A stretch of DNA of 64,000 bases, from contig JBFESZ010000002.1 in assembly GCA_041548245.1 (NCBI GenBank), forward strand, positions 3,502-67,501, in the 5' to 3' direction. A program made the position numbers and the translations under genes. Source of the DNA: Sulfurimonadaceae bacterium (GTDB taxonomy: Bacteria; Campylobacterota; Campylobacteria; Campylobacterales; Sulfurimonadaceae). The notes under the pieces were generated by a model, which was not told where the DNA came from, did not search any database, and was given only the letters and a program-made list of their open reading frames with translations. Positions 1 through 9,190 of this stretch are shown piece by piece. Position 1 is the first letter of the stretch. Each line of letters begins with the position of its first letter.

Positions 1-58
1 CTACATAGACCTGCTTTGTAATATAATAAAGAAGAGATAAATTTTTAAAGGCAATTTG

Positions 59-1393
59 ATGAAAATCATCATTATCGGCGGGATTGCTGCGGGAATGAGC
101 GCTGCAGCAAAGGCAAGGCGGATTAATAAAGAGGCAGAGATTATTGTATATGAGATGGGGGATATTATTTCTTTCGGGGCCTGTGGCTTGCCTTATTTTG
201 TTGGGGACTTTTTTCAAAACCCTAACTGGATGATTGCTCGTAAAGTAGAGCGAATGCAAGATGAGGGGGTGGATGTAAAGATACGTCATCAGGTAGTTCG
301 TGTCAATGCTGAAGAAAAAAGGATTGAGGTGAAAAACCTACAATCAAATGAGATATTTGAAACATCCTATGACAAGCTTATGATAGCGACAGGTGCTAAT
401 GTTGTGAAACCTCCTTTTGAAAACATCGGTCTAGGACATATTTTTACCTTAAGCAAGATGGACGATGGCAAACGACTTAAAGAGATTGCTATGTCTGATA
501 GCATTAAAGATGTTACGATTATTGGGGCAGGTTTTATCGGTGTGGAAGTAGTAGAAGCTATGAAAAAACTGGGCAAACATGTACGTGTGATCCAAAGAGG
601 CGATAGGATTTTCAACCGTATTTTTGATGAACGTATTACCGATTTGATGCAGCAGGAGCTGTTGGATCATGGCATCGAACTGGTCTTGAATGAAGGGGTG
701 CAGGGCTTTGATGGTGATGGGAAAGTACAAAGGGTCAAAACGGATAAGGCAGAGTATTCAACAGACTTGGTGGTGATTGCTACCGGTTTTAAACCTAATA
801 CCTCATTTTTGGAAGGCAGTGGTATAGAGATGCTAAAAAACGGTGCAATTGTGGTAAATAAACGGGGTGAAACCAATGTTAAAGATATTTATGCTGCTGG
901 TGACTGTGCTACAGTACCACATATGATAGATAATGTTGATGTCTACATCCCTTTAGCAACAGGAGCGAATAAACTTGGACGTGTCGCAGGAGAAAATATG
1001 GCTGGTGGTAATGCTATGTATCTCGGATCATTAGGCTCGGCTTGTGTAAAAGTAATGGATTATGAGGCAGCAGTAACCGGTTTGAATGAAGAACAGGCTA
1101 AAGTTCGTGGGATAGAGTGTTCGAGTGTCTTTGTCAAGGATAAAAACCAAGCAGGGTATTACCCTAATCAGCAAGACATCTATATCAAATTGGTCTATGA
1201 GACAAAATCTAAAGTGATTATTGGAGGTGAAACTTTAGGTAAAAATGGGGCTGGTCTGCGCATCGATGTTATAGCAATGGCGATTCGTGCGAAAATGACA
1301 ACAGCGGAACTTGGGATGATGGATTTTTGTTACTCCCCACCAATTTCAAAGACTTGGGATGCTTTGAATGTGGCAGGAAATGTCGCCAAGTAA
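59..1393 (+). CDS. FAD-dependent pyridine nucleotide-disulfide oxidoreductase, CoA-disulfide reductase / NADH oxidase family
   Basis: N-terminal dinucleotide fold IIIIGGIAAGMSAA. Redox-Cys motif SFGACGLPY typical of Nox/CoADR enzymes. Second fold TIIGAGFIGVE. About 445 aa as expected. AAAGG SD lies 7 nt before ATG 59; the track ORF starts at TTG 56. Confidence 0.8.
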   Translation: MKIIIIGGIAAGMSAAAKARRINKEAEIIVYEMGDIISFGACGLPYFVGDFFQNPNWMIARKVERMQDEGVDVKIRHQVVRVNAEEKRIEVKNLQSNEIFETSYDKLMIATGANVVKPPFENIGLGHIFTLSKMDDGKRLKEIAMSDSIKDVTIIGAGFIGVEVVEAMKKLGKHVRVIQRGDRIFNRIFDERITDLMQQELLDHGIELVLNEGVQGFDGDGKVQRVKTDKAEYSTDLVVIATGFKPNTSFLEGSGIEMLKNGAIVVNKRGETNVKDIYAAGDCATVPHMIDNVDVYIPLATGANKLGRVAGENMAGGNAMYLGSLGSACVKVMDYEAAVTGLNEEQAKVRGIECSSVFVKDKNQAGYYPNQQDIYIKLVYETKSKVIIGGETLGKNGAGLRIDVIAMAIRAKMTTAELGMMDFCYSPPISKTWDALNVAGNVAK

Positions 1394-1666
1394 TTAGGCA
1401 AAGATATCGTTATCAGGATGTTTCTCTTGATACTTGACGATATATGAGCATTGGGCTACAGCTTTTTTACCGTCTTTTCTAATCTGCTCAAGTACATCTT
1501 CTAAAAGCTCTTTAGCTAGACCTTTACCAGCCAGGGCATCGGGAACGATTGTGTGCGTAAGATGCATATTCCCGTCTTGATCATCATAAGTGATATAAGC
1601 GATGTGTCCATCAATATGGTATTCATATTTACATTCATCTGCATTGTGTATGAGTGTGTTTGCCAT
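1394..1666 (-). CDS. Small GNAT-like N-acetyltransferase (YjdJ / Acetyltransf_CG type)
   Basis: 90-aa ORF with the HT-V-P-GKGLAKELL...CSY core typical of about 90-aa single-domain GNAT proteins. Its stop abuts the stop of the upstream convergent gene (TAATTA). Confidence 0.6.
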   Translation of the reverse strand: MANTLIHNADECKYEYHIDGHIAYITYDDQDGNMHLTHTIVPDALAGKGLAKELLEDVLEQIRKDGKKAVAQCSYIVKYQEKHPDNDIFA

Positions 1667-1716
1667 GGTTAATCCTTATCGGAGAATTTTTAAGTTTTTA
1701 AATAGAACATGTAATT

Positions 1717-2325
1717 CTAGCATTTTTTAAATAGAGCGCGAAACTTTAGCGTTGACAGCTCACTCTCTTCGGCAAAAATGCTAAATTCCAGTTCATCACA
1801 ACCGTGGTTACCAAACAGACGTAGCTCATTGTAAGTCAGAGGCCAAGGGGGTCCATTATAGACCTCTCCCTCTCTTTTACCATTCGCAACGACCAAAGCT
1901 TTGGCATGGGGTGCCATTAAAGAAGTGATAGCCTGAATCGTTTTATCTCTAAAGGCAAGCGGGATAGATTGTATAGTCCGTGATTCAAAGATAAAATCAT
2001 ATTGGCCCAACATCTCTTGTGGCAGGTCAAAGATGTCTTGAACTCTAAAATCCACATTGGTATAATCAAATCTTTGTTTACACCATGTTATAGCTGTTTG
2101 TGAGACATCTATAGCCGTTACGTCAAATCCCGCTTCTTCCAAAGCGACAGCATCATCCCCTAAACCACATCCGATAACGATGGCTTTACCCTCACCGATA
2201 TGTTGTTGCAGGTATTCAGTCAGGTATTCATTAGTCTGCATTCTGGCCCAGGGGATCTTTTTTTCATCTCCCTGGCTCTGCTTGTAGATGCTTTCAAAAA
2301 AGTCATTGTTTTTGTCTATGGACAT
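1717..2325 (-). CDS. Class I SAM-dependent methyltransferase
   Basis: SAM-binding motif I VIGCGLGDDA followed by an acidic motif II (FDVTAIDVS). 202 aa. Confidence 0.75.
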   Translation of the reverse strand: MSIDKNNDFFESIYKQSQGDEKKIPWARMQTNEYLTEYLQQHIGEGKAIVIGCGLGDDAVALEEAGFDVTAIDVSQTAITWCKQRFDYTNVDFRVQDIFDLPQEMLGQYDFIFESRTIQSIPLAFRDKTIQAITSLMAPHAKALVVANGKREGEVYNGPPWPLTYNELRLFGNHGCDELEFSIFAEESELSTLKFRALFKKC

Positions 2326-2364
2326 ATTGGCTCCTATACTAGGCTCTATATATGGAATAATCAG

Positions 2365-3363
2365 TTACTTCTCAGACAGAGGGGGTGTGTTGGATGCAAG
2401 CTGAAGAAGAAAGCAAGCGCCCTGGGGGGTGTTTTTAACAGAGAGGTTTCCTCCAAGTTTTTGTGCGATCTGCATACTCATGTACAGACCGATCCCCGTC
2501 CCTTTACCCTCTTCTTTGGTCGTGACCTCAGGTTTGAAAATGTCAGGCAGTACATCTTCAGGTATCCCGCCGGCATTATCCTCGATTTCCAGGTTGATGC
2601 GATTGTCTCTTTTGTAAAAGCGGATACTAATGTCTCGCTTACCTCTGTTGCGTTCATTGAACGCATCCTTGGCATTATTGATAATATTCAAGACAAGGTG
2701 TTTAAACTCATTTTCGATTCCATATATGAGTATCTCTTGGGTACTTTGGATATGAATATTGATATTGTTCTTTAGAAACTCATCATTGACAAGTAACATA
2801 ACGGACTGGACACAACGTTTGATGCCAAAACTTTTAAACTCTTTGTTTGGCCTGAAGAAGGTCCTGAACTCTTGAAGAGTATTGACCATGTGTTCAATTT
2901 GACCCTGGATACCATCGGTCAGCTCGTCAATATAGGACTGATCGACATCACCTCTGCGGAAGTCATCTTTGAGCATATCACTCATCAGCGAGAGTGCATT
3001 TAAGGGTTGCTTCCATTGATGGGCGACGGCATCCATCATCTCACCCATAGCCGCCATCTTGGCTTGCTGTTCGTATATTTTGTAACTGGCTTCTTTGAGT
3101 GCTATTTCCTCTTCGATACGCTGTTCAAGGTTGTTCTTATGCTCTTCAAGTTCATAACGGCTCTCTTCAAGTTCTTTTTGACGTTTGTCATAACGTTTGA
3201 GAAAGACATCAAGCAGAATGTCCAGATCCGCTCTGTGAGGAGAATGCGCACTTTTTCTGACGGCATCAAGCAGTTCGGTTGTATTTAGATTTGCGTATTC
3301 GCCCTGCGGGTTTTTACGTCGTTTTATCTGAGGAACCGGTTCTATAAAAGGATTTGTCAACAT
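2365..3363 (-). CDS. Cytoplasmic sensor histidine kinase (HisKA + HATPase_c), no cognate response regulator adjacent
   Basis: H-box AVAHQWKQPLNAL, N-box LNIINNAKDA, G-boxes EDNAGGI and GTGIGLYMS. No predicted TM segment. N-terminal charged coiled-coil region. Confidence 0.85.
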   Translation of the reverse strand: MLTNPFIEPVPQIKRRKNPQGEYANLNTTELLDAVRKSAHSPHRADLDILLDVFLKRYDKRQKELEESRYELEEHKNNLEQRIEEEIALKEASYKIYEQQAKMAAMGEMMDAVAHQWKQPLNALSLMSDMLKDDFRRGDVDQSYIDELTDGIQGQIEHMVNTLQEFRTFFRPNKEFKSFGIKRCVQSVMLLVNDEFLKNNINIHIQSTQEILIYGIENEFKHLVLNIINNAKDAFNERNRGKRDISIRFYKRDNRINLEIEDNAGGIPEDVLPDIFKPEVTTKEEGKGTGIGLYMSMQIAQKLGGNLSVKNTPQGACFLLQLASNTPPLSEK

Positions 3364-3423
3364 TAGAAGAGATTATAACAAAAATTAAATAAATGAGAAT
3401 AAAAAAAAGAAGAGGAAACGTGT

Positions 3424-3440
3424 GGCGGGATAATCCCGCC
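3424..3440 (-). terminator. Putative rho-independent terminator after glnA
   Basis: GGCGGGA-TAA-TCCCGCC perfect 7-bp GC stem 5 nt after the glnA stop. On the minus strand a T-rich tract (TTTCCTCTTCTTTTTTTT) follows, though not immediately. Confidence 0.55.
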
Positions 3441-3444
3441 TTTA

Positions 3445-4875
3445 TTAACACTGGTACGTAGTTTTAAACTCGTAAGCCGTTGGACGACCTTCATCTGGCC
3501 AGATTTGGCGCTCGAATTGATAGTGCTGGTAATCATTGATAAAGTCTTTCGTAAATACCGGTTTAAGGAAGTCGTTATCAGCGATAAGCCCTTCAACAGC
3601 TTCACGTAGAGTGTGTGGCATTTGGACAATACCTTTTTCACGGATTTCATCTAGAGAAAGTTCGAAAAGGTCGATATCCATTGGACCAACAGGGATATAT
3701 TTGTTTGCAATACCGTCAAGACCAGCCATCATCATTGCAGCGAATGCAAGGTACGGACAAGCTGAAGAGTCAGGGAAACGCATCTCAACACGAGTAGCTT
3801 TCTCACCTGCACCGTAAGGGATACGGCAAGAAGCTGAACGGTTTTGAGAAGAATAAGTCAAGATACTTGGAGCTTCAAATCCAGGTAGCAAACGTTTGTA
3901 AGAGTTTGTTGACGGGTTTGTAAACGCAGCGATTGCTGCAGCGTGTTTAAAGATACCGCCAACATAGTGAAGTGCCATCTCAGAAAGGTTTCCATATTCG
4001 CCTTCTTTATAGAACAGGTTTTTACCGTCTTTCCATAGTGATTGATGAACGTGCATACCGTTACCATTGTCACCGAAAAGCGGTTTTGGCATGAATGTAG
4101 CAGTTTTGCCGTTTAGGTGTGCTACCATTTTTACAACATATTTATATTTTTGAACGTTGTCAGCCGCACCGATGATATCAGAGAAAACAATACCGATCTC
4201 ACCTTGACCTTGAGCAACTTCGTGGTGACCAAGAACAACTTCAAGACCCACTTGCTCTAGTACAAGCATCATTTCCGCACGTAGATCAACCATAGAGTCT
4301 GTCGGAGCTACTGGGAAATAACCACCTTTGGTACCTGGTCTGTGAGCATGGTTGTATAGGTCGTCATAAGTAGTGTTTGAGTTCCAGTCCCCCTCTTCAG
4401 TGTCAATTTTGTAACCAGCTTCATTCATCGTGTCGATATATTTTACATCGTCAAAAATAAAGAATTCATTTTCAGGTCCAAAATATGCAGCGTCGGCAAT
4501 ACCAAGTGCATCAGCATGTTCTAAAGTTTTTTTAGCGATCGAACGTGGACATTTCTCATAAAGTTGACCTTTATAGATGTCATAAACGTCACAGAAAAGG
4601 ATGATGGTAGGATCAGCAGTAAAAGGGTCCAAGAAGGCTGTTGGAACATCCGGTTTTAGAAGCATATCTGATTTGTTGATTGGCTGCCATGCTTCGATAG
4701 ATGAACCGTCAAACGGAAGACCATTATTCAAAAGATCAGCACTTACAGCACTCATTCTGTAAGTTACGTGGTGCCATGCACCTTTAAGGTCTGTAAATCT
4801 AAAGTCTACGAATTGAACATCATTTTCTTCACAATATTTAAAGAATTCATCTGTACTATTGACAAATTTTCCCAT
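3445..4875 (-). CDS. glnA: Glutamine synthetase, type I
   Basis: 476 aa with GS-I length and motifs ([33 protein letters not shown]). No obvious adenylylation-site context was checked. Confidence 0.95.
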   Translation of the reverse strand: MGKFVNSTDEFFKYCEENDVQFVDFRFTDLKGAWHHVTYRMSAVSADLLNNGLPFDGSSIEAWQPINKSDMLLKPDVPTAFLDPFTADPTIILFCDVYDIYKGQLYEKCPRSIAKKTLEHADALGIADAAYFGPENEFFIFDDVKYIDTMNEAGYKIDTEEGDWNSNTTYDDLYNHAHRPGTKGGYFPVAPTDSMVDLRAEMMLVLEQVGLEVVLGHHEVAQGQGEIGIVFSDIIGAADNVQKYKYVVKMVAHLNGKTATFMPKPLFGDNGNGMHVHQSLWKDGKNLFYKEGEYGNLSEMALHYVGGIFKHAAAIAAFTNPSTNSYKRLLPGFEAPSILTYSSQNRSASCRIPYGAGEKATRVEMRFPDSSACPYLAFAAMMMAGLDGIANKYIPVGPMDIDLFELSLDEIREKGIVQMPHTLREAVEGLIADNDFLKPVFTKDFINDYQHYQFERQIWPDEGRPTAYEFKTTYQC

Positions 4876-5067
4876 GTGTGTTTCTCCTGGAAGTTTTATT
4901 AGTAGAAGTATATCAGAGTTGTTTTGAATTTACAGAGAGGTTTTGATTAAAAATTAATCATTAGACCCGGATGTTTCATATAGTAAGGTCTAAAAAAGAG
5001 TGTTTTGAAAAATATAGTGATAAAAAATAAATCACTTCTATGCTGTTATTTTACACAGACGAATTAT

Positions 5068-5847
5068 TTAAAAACCAACCATATAGCGTTTTCGCTTCTT
5101 AAAATAGGCACACTGGGTATACCCGATTTCTCTTGCGAAGGCTTCGATCTCTTTTCTGTATAGGCCGACTTGCTCGGGTTTGTGCGCATCCGAAGCAAAG
5201 GTAATAGGTATATCCAGCTCAAAGGCACGCTGTAAAAGGGGTTTCGAAGGATAAGGCTCTGCGCAAGGTTTTCTATATCCCGCAACGTTCAACTCTAAGA
5301 CCATATCCGCTTCTTTGATGGCTTGCAAGGCTTCCTCAGCAATAGATACGATGTGCTTTGTCGGCATAAACTTAAATACTTTAATAAGGTCTAAATGACC
5401 TACGATGTCAAAATGTCCTGTCTTGGCCATATCTCGGATAAGATCAAAGTACTCCTGCCATATCTGATCTATATCGGCATGCTCATAATGACCTATGAAC
5501 TCGGGGTTGTCAAAGCCCCACTTGTCAATAAAATGAGCAGACCCTATAAGATAATCGACATCTGCTTCAAGAACGCGTTTATCCATATACCCCGGTAGAT
5601 AGTCGACTTCATAGGCAAAAAGCACATCAATTTTGTCTTCATATTTTTTTTGGACATGTCTGACCATATCTTGATACTCATTCATCTGTTCAAAAGACAT
5701 CCGGTATCCGGGATCAAACTCCATTGGTGCGTGATCGGAAACTCCATATTTATCAATACCGTTAGCGATAGCAGCTTCAATATACTGGGATAGTTCTCCT
5801 TCGGCATGATTGCATAAAACAGTATGGTTGTGAAGATCGACTTTCAT
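5068..5847 (-). CDS. PHP-family histidinol-phosphatase-like hydrolase
   Basis: N-terminal DLHNHT metal motif, internal SDHAP, GSAH and GHLD, and C-terminal ASDAH. This is the typical HisK/PHP pattern. 259 aa. Confidence 0.8.
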   Translation of the reverse strand: MKVDLHNHTVLCNHAEGELSQYIEAAIANGIDKYGVSDHAPMEFDPGYRMSFEQMNEYQDMVRHVQKKYEDKIDVLFAYEVDYLPGYMDKRVLEADVDYLIGSAHFIDKWGFDNPEFIGHYEHADIDQIWQEYFDLIRDMAKTGHFDIVGHLDLIKVFKFMPTKHIVSIAEEALQAIKEADMVLELNVAGYRKPCAEPYPSKPLLQRAFELDIPITFASDAHKPEQVGLYRKEIEAFAREIGYTQCAYFKKRKRYMVGF

Positions 5848-5950
5848 AGCTTTTCCGATTTTAGAAATTATATTTAAAAGGAATTATATATTAACTTGTC
5901 TATAATCCAATAAAGCGATTAATTTAATTGAATATTTGTTGGAGAAGTTC

Positions 5951-6649
5951 ATGACACAAGAAGAACTTGATGCGTTGATGAGTGCGGATATTGATGCATT
6001 AGATGAAGAAGAAACCTCTTCTGAAAAGCCTGTTTCTATTGAAGAAGATGGTGAAGAAGAAGTTCAAAACATAACTGCAAATGCTGATGATTATAAAGTC
6101 TCGGCTTCGCATAATTGGCCACCTCCACCACCGACTGATGATCATAAGATGGTGCATCAGCTTGATGATGTTACGAAAGAGAGCGAGGAGAAAGCTTCTG
6201 AGATCTTTGATCATATTGAAAAGATCAGTAACGAGCTCATGGAAGCAGAAGGGACTCTAGCTGATGTCGCTGAGACTTTTGAGAGTAATATAGCCTTATT
6301 TAAGACACTGAGTGAAAAGTTCCCGGACGTCGAATCGTTTAAGACACAGCTAGAGAAAAACAGGACATCTAAAGAAACGGTAGAAGCTCATATACAATCC
6401 CTGCAGGATCATGGTGACACAATTATGAACGTGATGGATATCATGCAGTATCAAGATATACACCGACAAAAGATCGAGCGTGTCATTAATGTAATGCGTG
6501 CACTTTCGGGTTATATGAATGAACTTTTTTCAGGCAAAATTGACGATGATAAACGTGTTGCCTCTGCGCGGCATCTTCCGGGTGACAAGAGTGATGATGT
6601 CGTTTCGACTGAGGATATTGAAAGTCTATTGGCTTCATTTAGCAAGTAG
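5951..6649 (+). CDS. cheZ: CheZ-like chemotaxis phosphatase (remote, epsilonproteobacterial type)
   Basis: C-terminal segment IMQYQDIHRQKIERV carries the D-x3-Q catalytic spacing of CheZ (E. coli D143/Q147; H. pylori CheZ-HP D189/Q193 as I recall). Acidic, Pro-rich N-terminus (NWPPPPPTDD). GGAG SD lies 6 nt before ATG 5951; the track ORF starts at TTG 5936. Confidence 0.55.
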   Translation: MTQEELDALMSADIDALDEEETSSEKPVSIEEDGEEEVQNITANADDYKVSASHNWPPPPPTDDHKMVHQLDDVTKESEEKASEIFDHIEKISNELMEAEGTLADVAETFESNIALFKTLSEKFPDVESFKTQLEKNRTSKETVEAHIQSLQDHGDTIMNVMDIMQYQDIHRQKIERVINVMRALSGYMNELFSGKIDDDKRVASARHLPGDKSDDVVSTEDIESLLASFSK

Positions 6650-6723
6650 TTGAAATTTTTAATTCTTTGAAGTGGGGAAGTTCGCTAAAATTCACTAAAA
6701 AATATTGCTAAAGAAAAAAAACA

Positions 6724-8016
6724 ATGAATAAAGTAGAACTTCTCGCTCCTGCGGGAAACCTTGAAAAACTAAAGATTGCACTTGATTACGGGGCTGATGC
6801 TGTATATGGTGGTGTCAGCCATTTCTCTTTGCGTATTCGATCCGGTAAAGAGTTTACTATGGAGAGCTTTAAAGAGGGGATAGAGTATGCGCATGCTCGG
6901 GGCAAAAAAGTCTATACCACAATAAACGGTTTTCCTTTCAATTCCCAGATAGAGCTTTTAAAAAAGCATATAGAAGCGATTGCAGACTTAGGCCCAGATG
7001 CGATTATTGTCGCAACGCCTGGAGTTTTAAAACTCGCACGTGAGATTGCTCCGCATATTGACCTTCATCTCTCCACGCAGGCCAATGTCATGAATGTTTT
7101 GGATGCGGCGATCTATTACGAGATGGGTGCAAAACGTATTATCACCGCACGTGAGATCTCTTTGAAAGACCTGAAAGAGATCAAAAAAGAGCTCCCTGAT
7201 CTTGAATTGGAAGTATTCGTCCACGGTTCGATGTGTTTTGCCTACAGTGGACGTTGTTTGATCTCAACACTTCAAAGCGGACGGGTTCCAAACCGCGGTT
7301 CATGCGCGAATGACTGTCGTTTCCCTTATGAGATGTATGCAGCAAATCCTGAGACGGGGACCCTTTTCAGGCTTGAAGAGGATCCGGGTGTCGGAACCTA
7401 CATTATGAATTCAAAAGACCTCAATCTTGCTTCGCATATGAAGGAGATTCTAGACAGCGGGTGCGTTGATTCACTTAAGATCGAAGGGCGAACCAAAACC
7501 TCTTATTACGCAGCAACAACAGCAAAAGCCTATCGTATGGCCATTGATGACTATTATGAAGGAAAATATGAGCCGGAGCGTTATCAAGAGGAGCTCGAGA
7601 GTATGCAAAATCGTGGATTCACGGACGCGTATCTTATTAACAGACCGTTTGAAAAACATGACGGACAGAGCCTTGATTTCACGATGCAGATGGGAACGCA
7701 CCAAGTGACAGGTATGGCAACAGAATCAGGTGAATATTACATGTGCAAGTTTACTACAAAGCCGGGTGACAAGTTAGAGATCATGGCTCCTCTTAATGCC
7801 GGGATTGAAGAGGTGGATAATGAATACGGTTCGATTGTGTTTGAAAACGGAAAACCTTATCTTATCTTCAAAAAACTTGAGGCTGAGAACAAGAAGATAT
7901 GGGACGCAGTACACAGTGGAAATGTAAACCCTATACGATTGCCGGTAAAATTGCCCCAATATACATTTTTTAGAATTCCTGCCGGTGACGAGATTAATCA
8001 GGCACCGCCAAGATAG
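6724..8016 (+). CDS. Peptidase U32 family protein (YegQ/TrhP-like)
   Basis: ELLAPAG start, GADAVY, MNSKDL and DSLKIEGR motifs characteristic of the U32 family. 430 aa. Confidence 0.85.
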   Translation: MNKVELLAPAGNLEKLKIALDYGADAVYGGVSHFSLRIRSGKEFTMESFKEGIEYAHARGKKVYTTINGFPFNSQIELLKKHIEAIADLGPDAIIVATPGVLKLAREIAPHIDLHLSTQANVMNVLDAAIYYEMGAKRIITAREISLKDLKEIKKELPDLELEVFVHGSMCFAYSGRCLISTLQSGRVPNRGSCANDCRFPYEMYAANPETGTLFRLEEDPGVGTYIMNSKDLNLASHMKEILDSGCVDSLKIEGRTKTSYYAATTAKAYRMAIDDYYEGKYEPERYQEELESMQNRGFTDAYLINRPFEKHDGQSLDFTMQMGTHQVTGMATESGEYYMCKFTTKPGDKLEIMAPLNAGIEEVDNEYGSIVFENGKPYLIFKKLEAENKKIWDAVHSGNVNPIRLPVKLPQYTFFRIPAGDEINQAPPR

Positions 8017-8072
8017 CAAAAAAAATTAATGTATAATGGCGATAATAAACGAGAAGAACAAGAAGGATTGGA

Positions 8073-8567
8073 ATGAAATTTGTTTCTATTATCATGGGAA
8101 GTAAAAGTGACTATGATGTAATGAAATCGTGTGCAGATACTTTTGATGCCTTTGGTGTGCATTACGAACTGGTCATCTCTTCAGCTCATAGAAGCCCAGA
8201 ACGTACGAGAGAGTATGTCAAGGCAGCAGAAGCAAAAGGTGCACAGGTTTTTATCGCTGCAGCAGGTATGGCAGCACACCTTGCCGGTGTGTTGGCTTCA
8301 AAGACGATTAAACCTGTTATTGGTGTTCCGATGAGTGCTTCGGCGTTGAGTGGTATTGATGCGCTTCTTTCCACAGTACAGATGCCTGCAGGTATGCCGG
8401 TTGCAACCGTTGCCATCGGAAAAGCGGGCGCGATCAATTCGGCTTATCTGGCCATGCAGATTTTGGCTTTAAATAATGAAGACTTGAGTGTGAAACTAGC
8501 TGAAGACCGTATAGCAAAAGCTAAAAAAGTCGAGATGGATTCTTTAGAAATAGAGACTATACTATAG
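8073..8567 (+). CDS. purE: 5-(carboxyamino)imidazole ribonucleotide mutase
   Basis: IIMGSKSD, SAHR and AAGMAAHLAG(V) signature segments. 164 aa. Confidence 0.95.
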   Translation: MKFVSIIMGSKSDYDVMKSCADTFDAFGVHYELVISSAHRSPERTREYVKAAEAKGAQVFIAAAGMAAHLAGVLASKTIKPVIGVPMSASALSGIDALLSTVQMPAGMPVATVAIGKAGAINSAYLAMQILALNNEDLSVKLAEDRIAKAKKVEMDSLEIETIL

Positions 8568-8624
8568 CAAAAATATCATCCAAAGGACTTTCTAAAGATG
8601 ATATGCTGATGAAGGAGAATGATA

Positions 8625-9137
8625 ATGGAAGGTGATTGGATTACGATTCAAGAATACTCTGAACTTACAGGACTAAGCCCTGATGCCATTGACGACCTGA
8701 TGGAACGGGGCAAGCTGGAATGTAAAAAAGAGAATGGTAAGCTTTACATTGATCCTTCTCGGGGTATGCAGGCAATTGTGCCTACGGAAATGAACGAGAT
8801 CGCTACATTGGGTGCAAGTATCAATGTCGGTCCACAGTTCATTGAGAAGACCATTGGTACTATCATCAATCTTCATGAGAGAGTACTTGATGCCAAAGAC
8901 GAGACCATAGAATCCGTCAAAAGTGAAAACCTTTTTTTAAAAGAGGCACTCTCATCACTGCAAGAACTATATGAAGAAGATAGAAAAACGATTGAGACTT
9001 TGACAACACAACTTAACCATTCGCAAGATGAGGTAGAGTTTATGAAACGCAAATATAAACTTATGTGGGGCAAGGTCGTCGAAGAGTATGCTGGCAATAC
9101 CCCGCATGTTAAAGAAGCACTCAAGGACAAACAGTAG
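8625..9137 (+). CDS. Hypothetical protein with N-terminal HTH-like segment and C-terminal coiled coil (possibly DUF3972-like)
   Basis: WITIQEYSELTGLSPDAIDDLMERGKL resembles an excisionase/MerR-type HTH. The rest is heptad-rich. GGAG lies 7 nt before ATG 8625; the track starts at 8619. The family name is from memory only. Confidence 0.5.
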   Translation: MEGDWITIQEYSELTGLSPDAIDDLMERGKLECKKENGKLYIDPSRGMQAIVPTEMNEIATLGASINVGPQFIEKTIGTIINLHERVLDAKDETIESVKSENLFLKEALSSLQELYEEDRKTIETLTTQLNHSQDEVEFMKRKYKLMWGKVVEEYAGNTPHVKEALKDKQ

Positions 9138-9190
9138 AGAAGATTCGGACTTCTAAGATTTAAGTCCTCTACTGGAAAGATGGATACTTT

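Noticed and set aside
2200-2775. 191-aa plus-strand ORF bridging the methyltransferase and histidine kinase genes
   Set aside because: It overlaps two minus-strand genes that have clear catalytic motifs. It has no motif of its own.
3363-3650. 95-aa minus-strand ORF overlapping the 3' end of glnA in another frame
   Set aside because: It lies almost wholly inside glnA. The only non-overlapping part is the terminator hairpin region.
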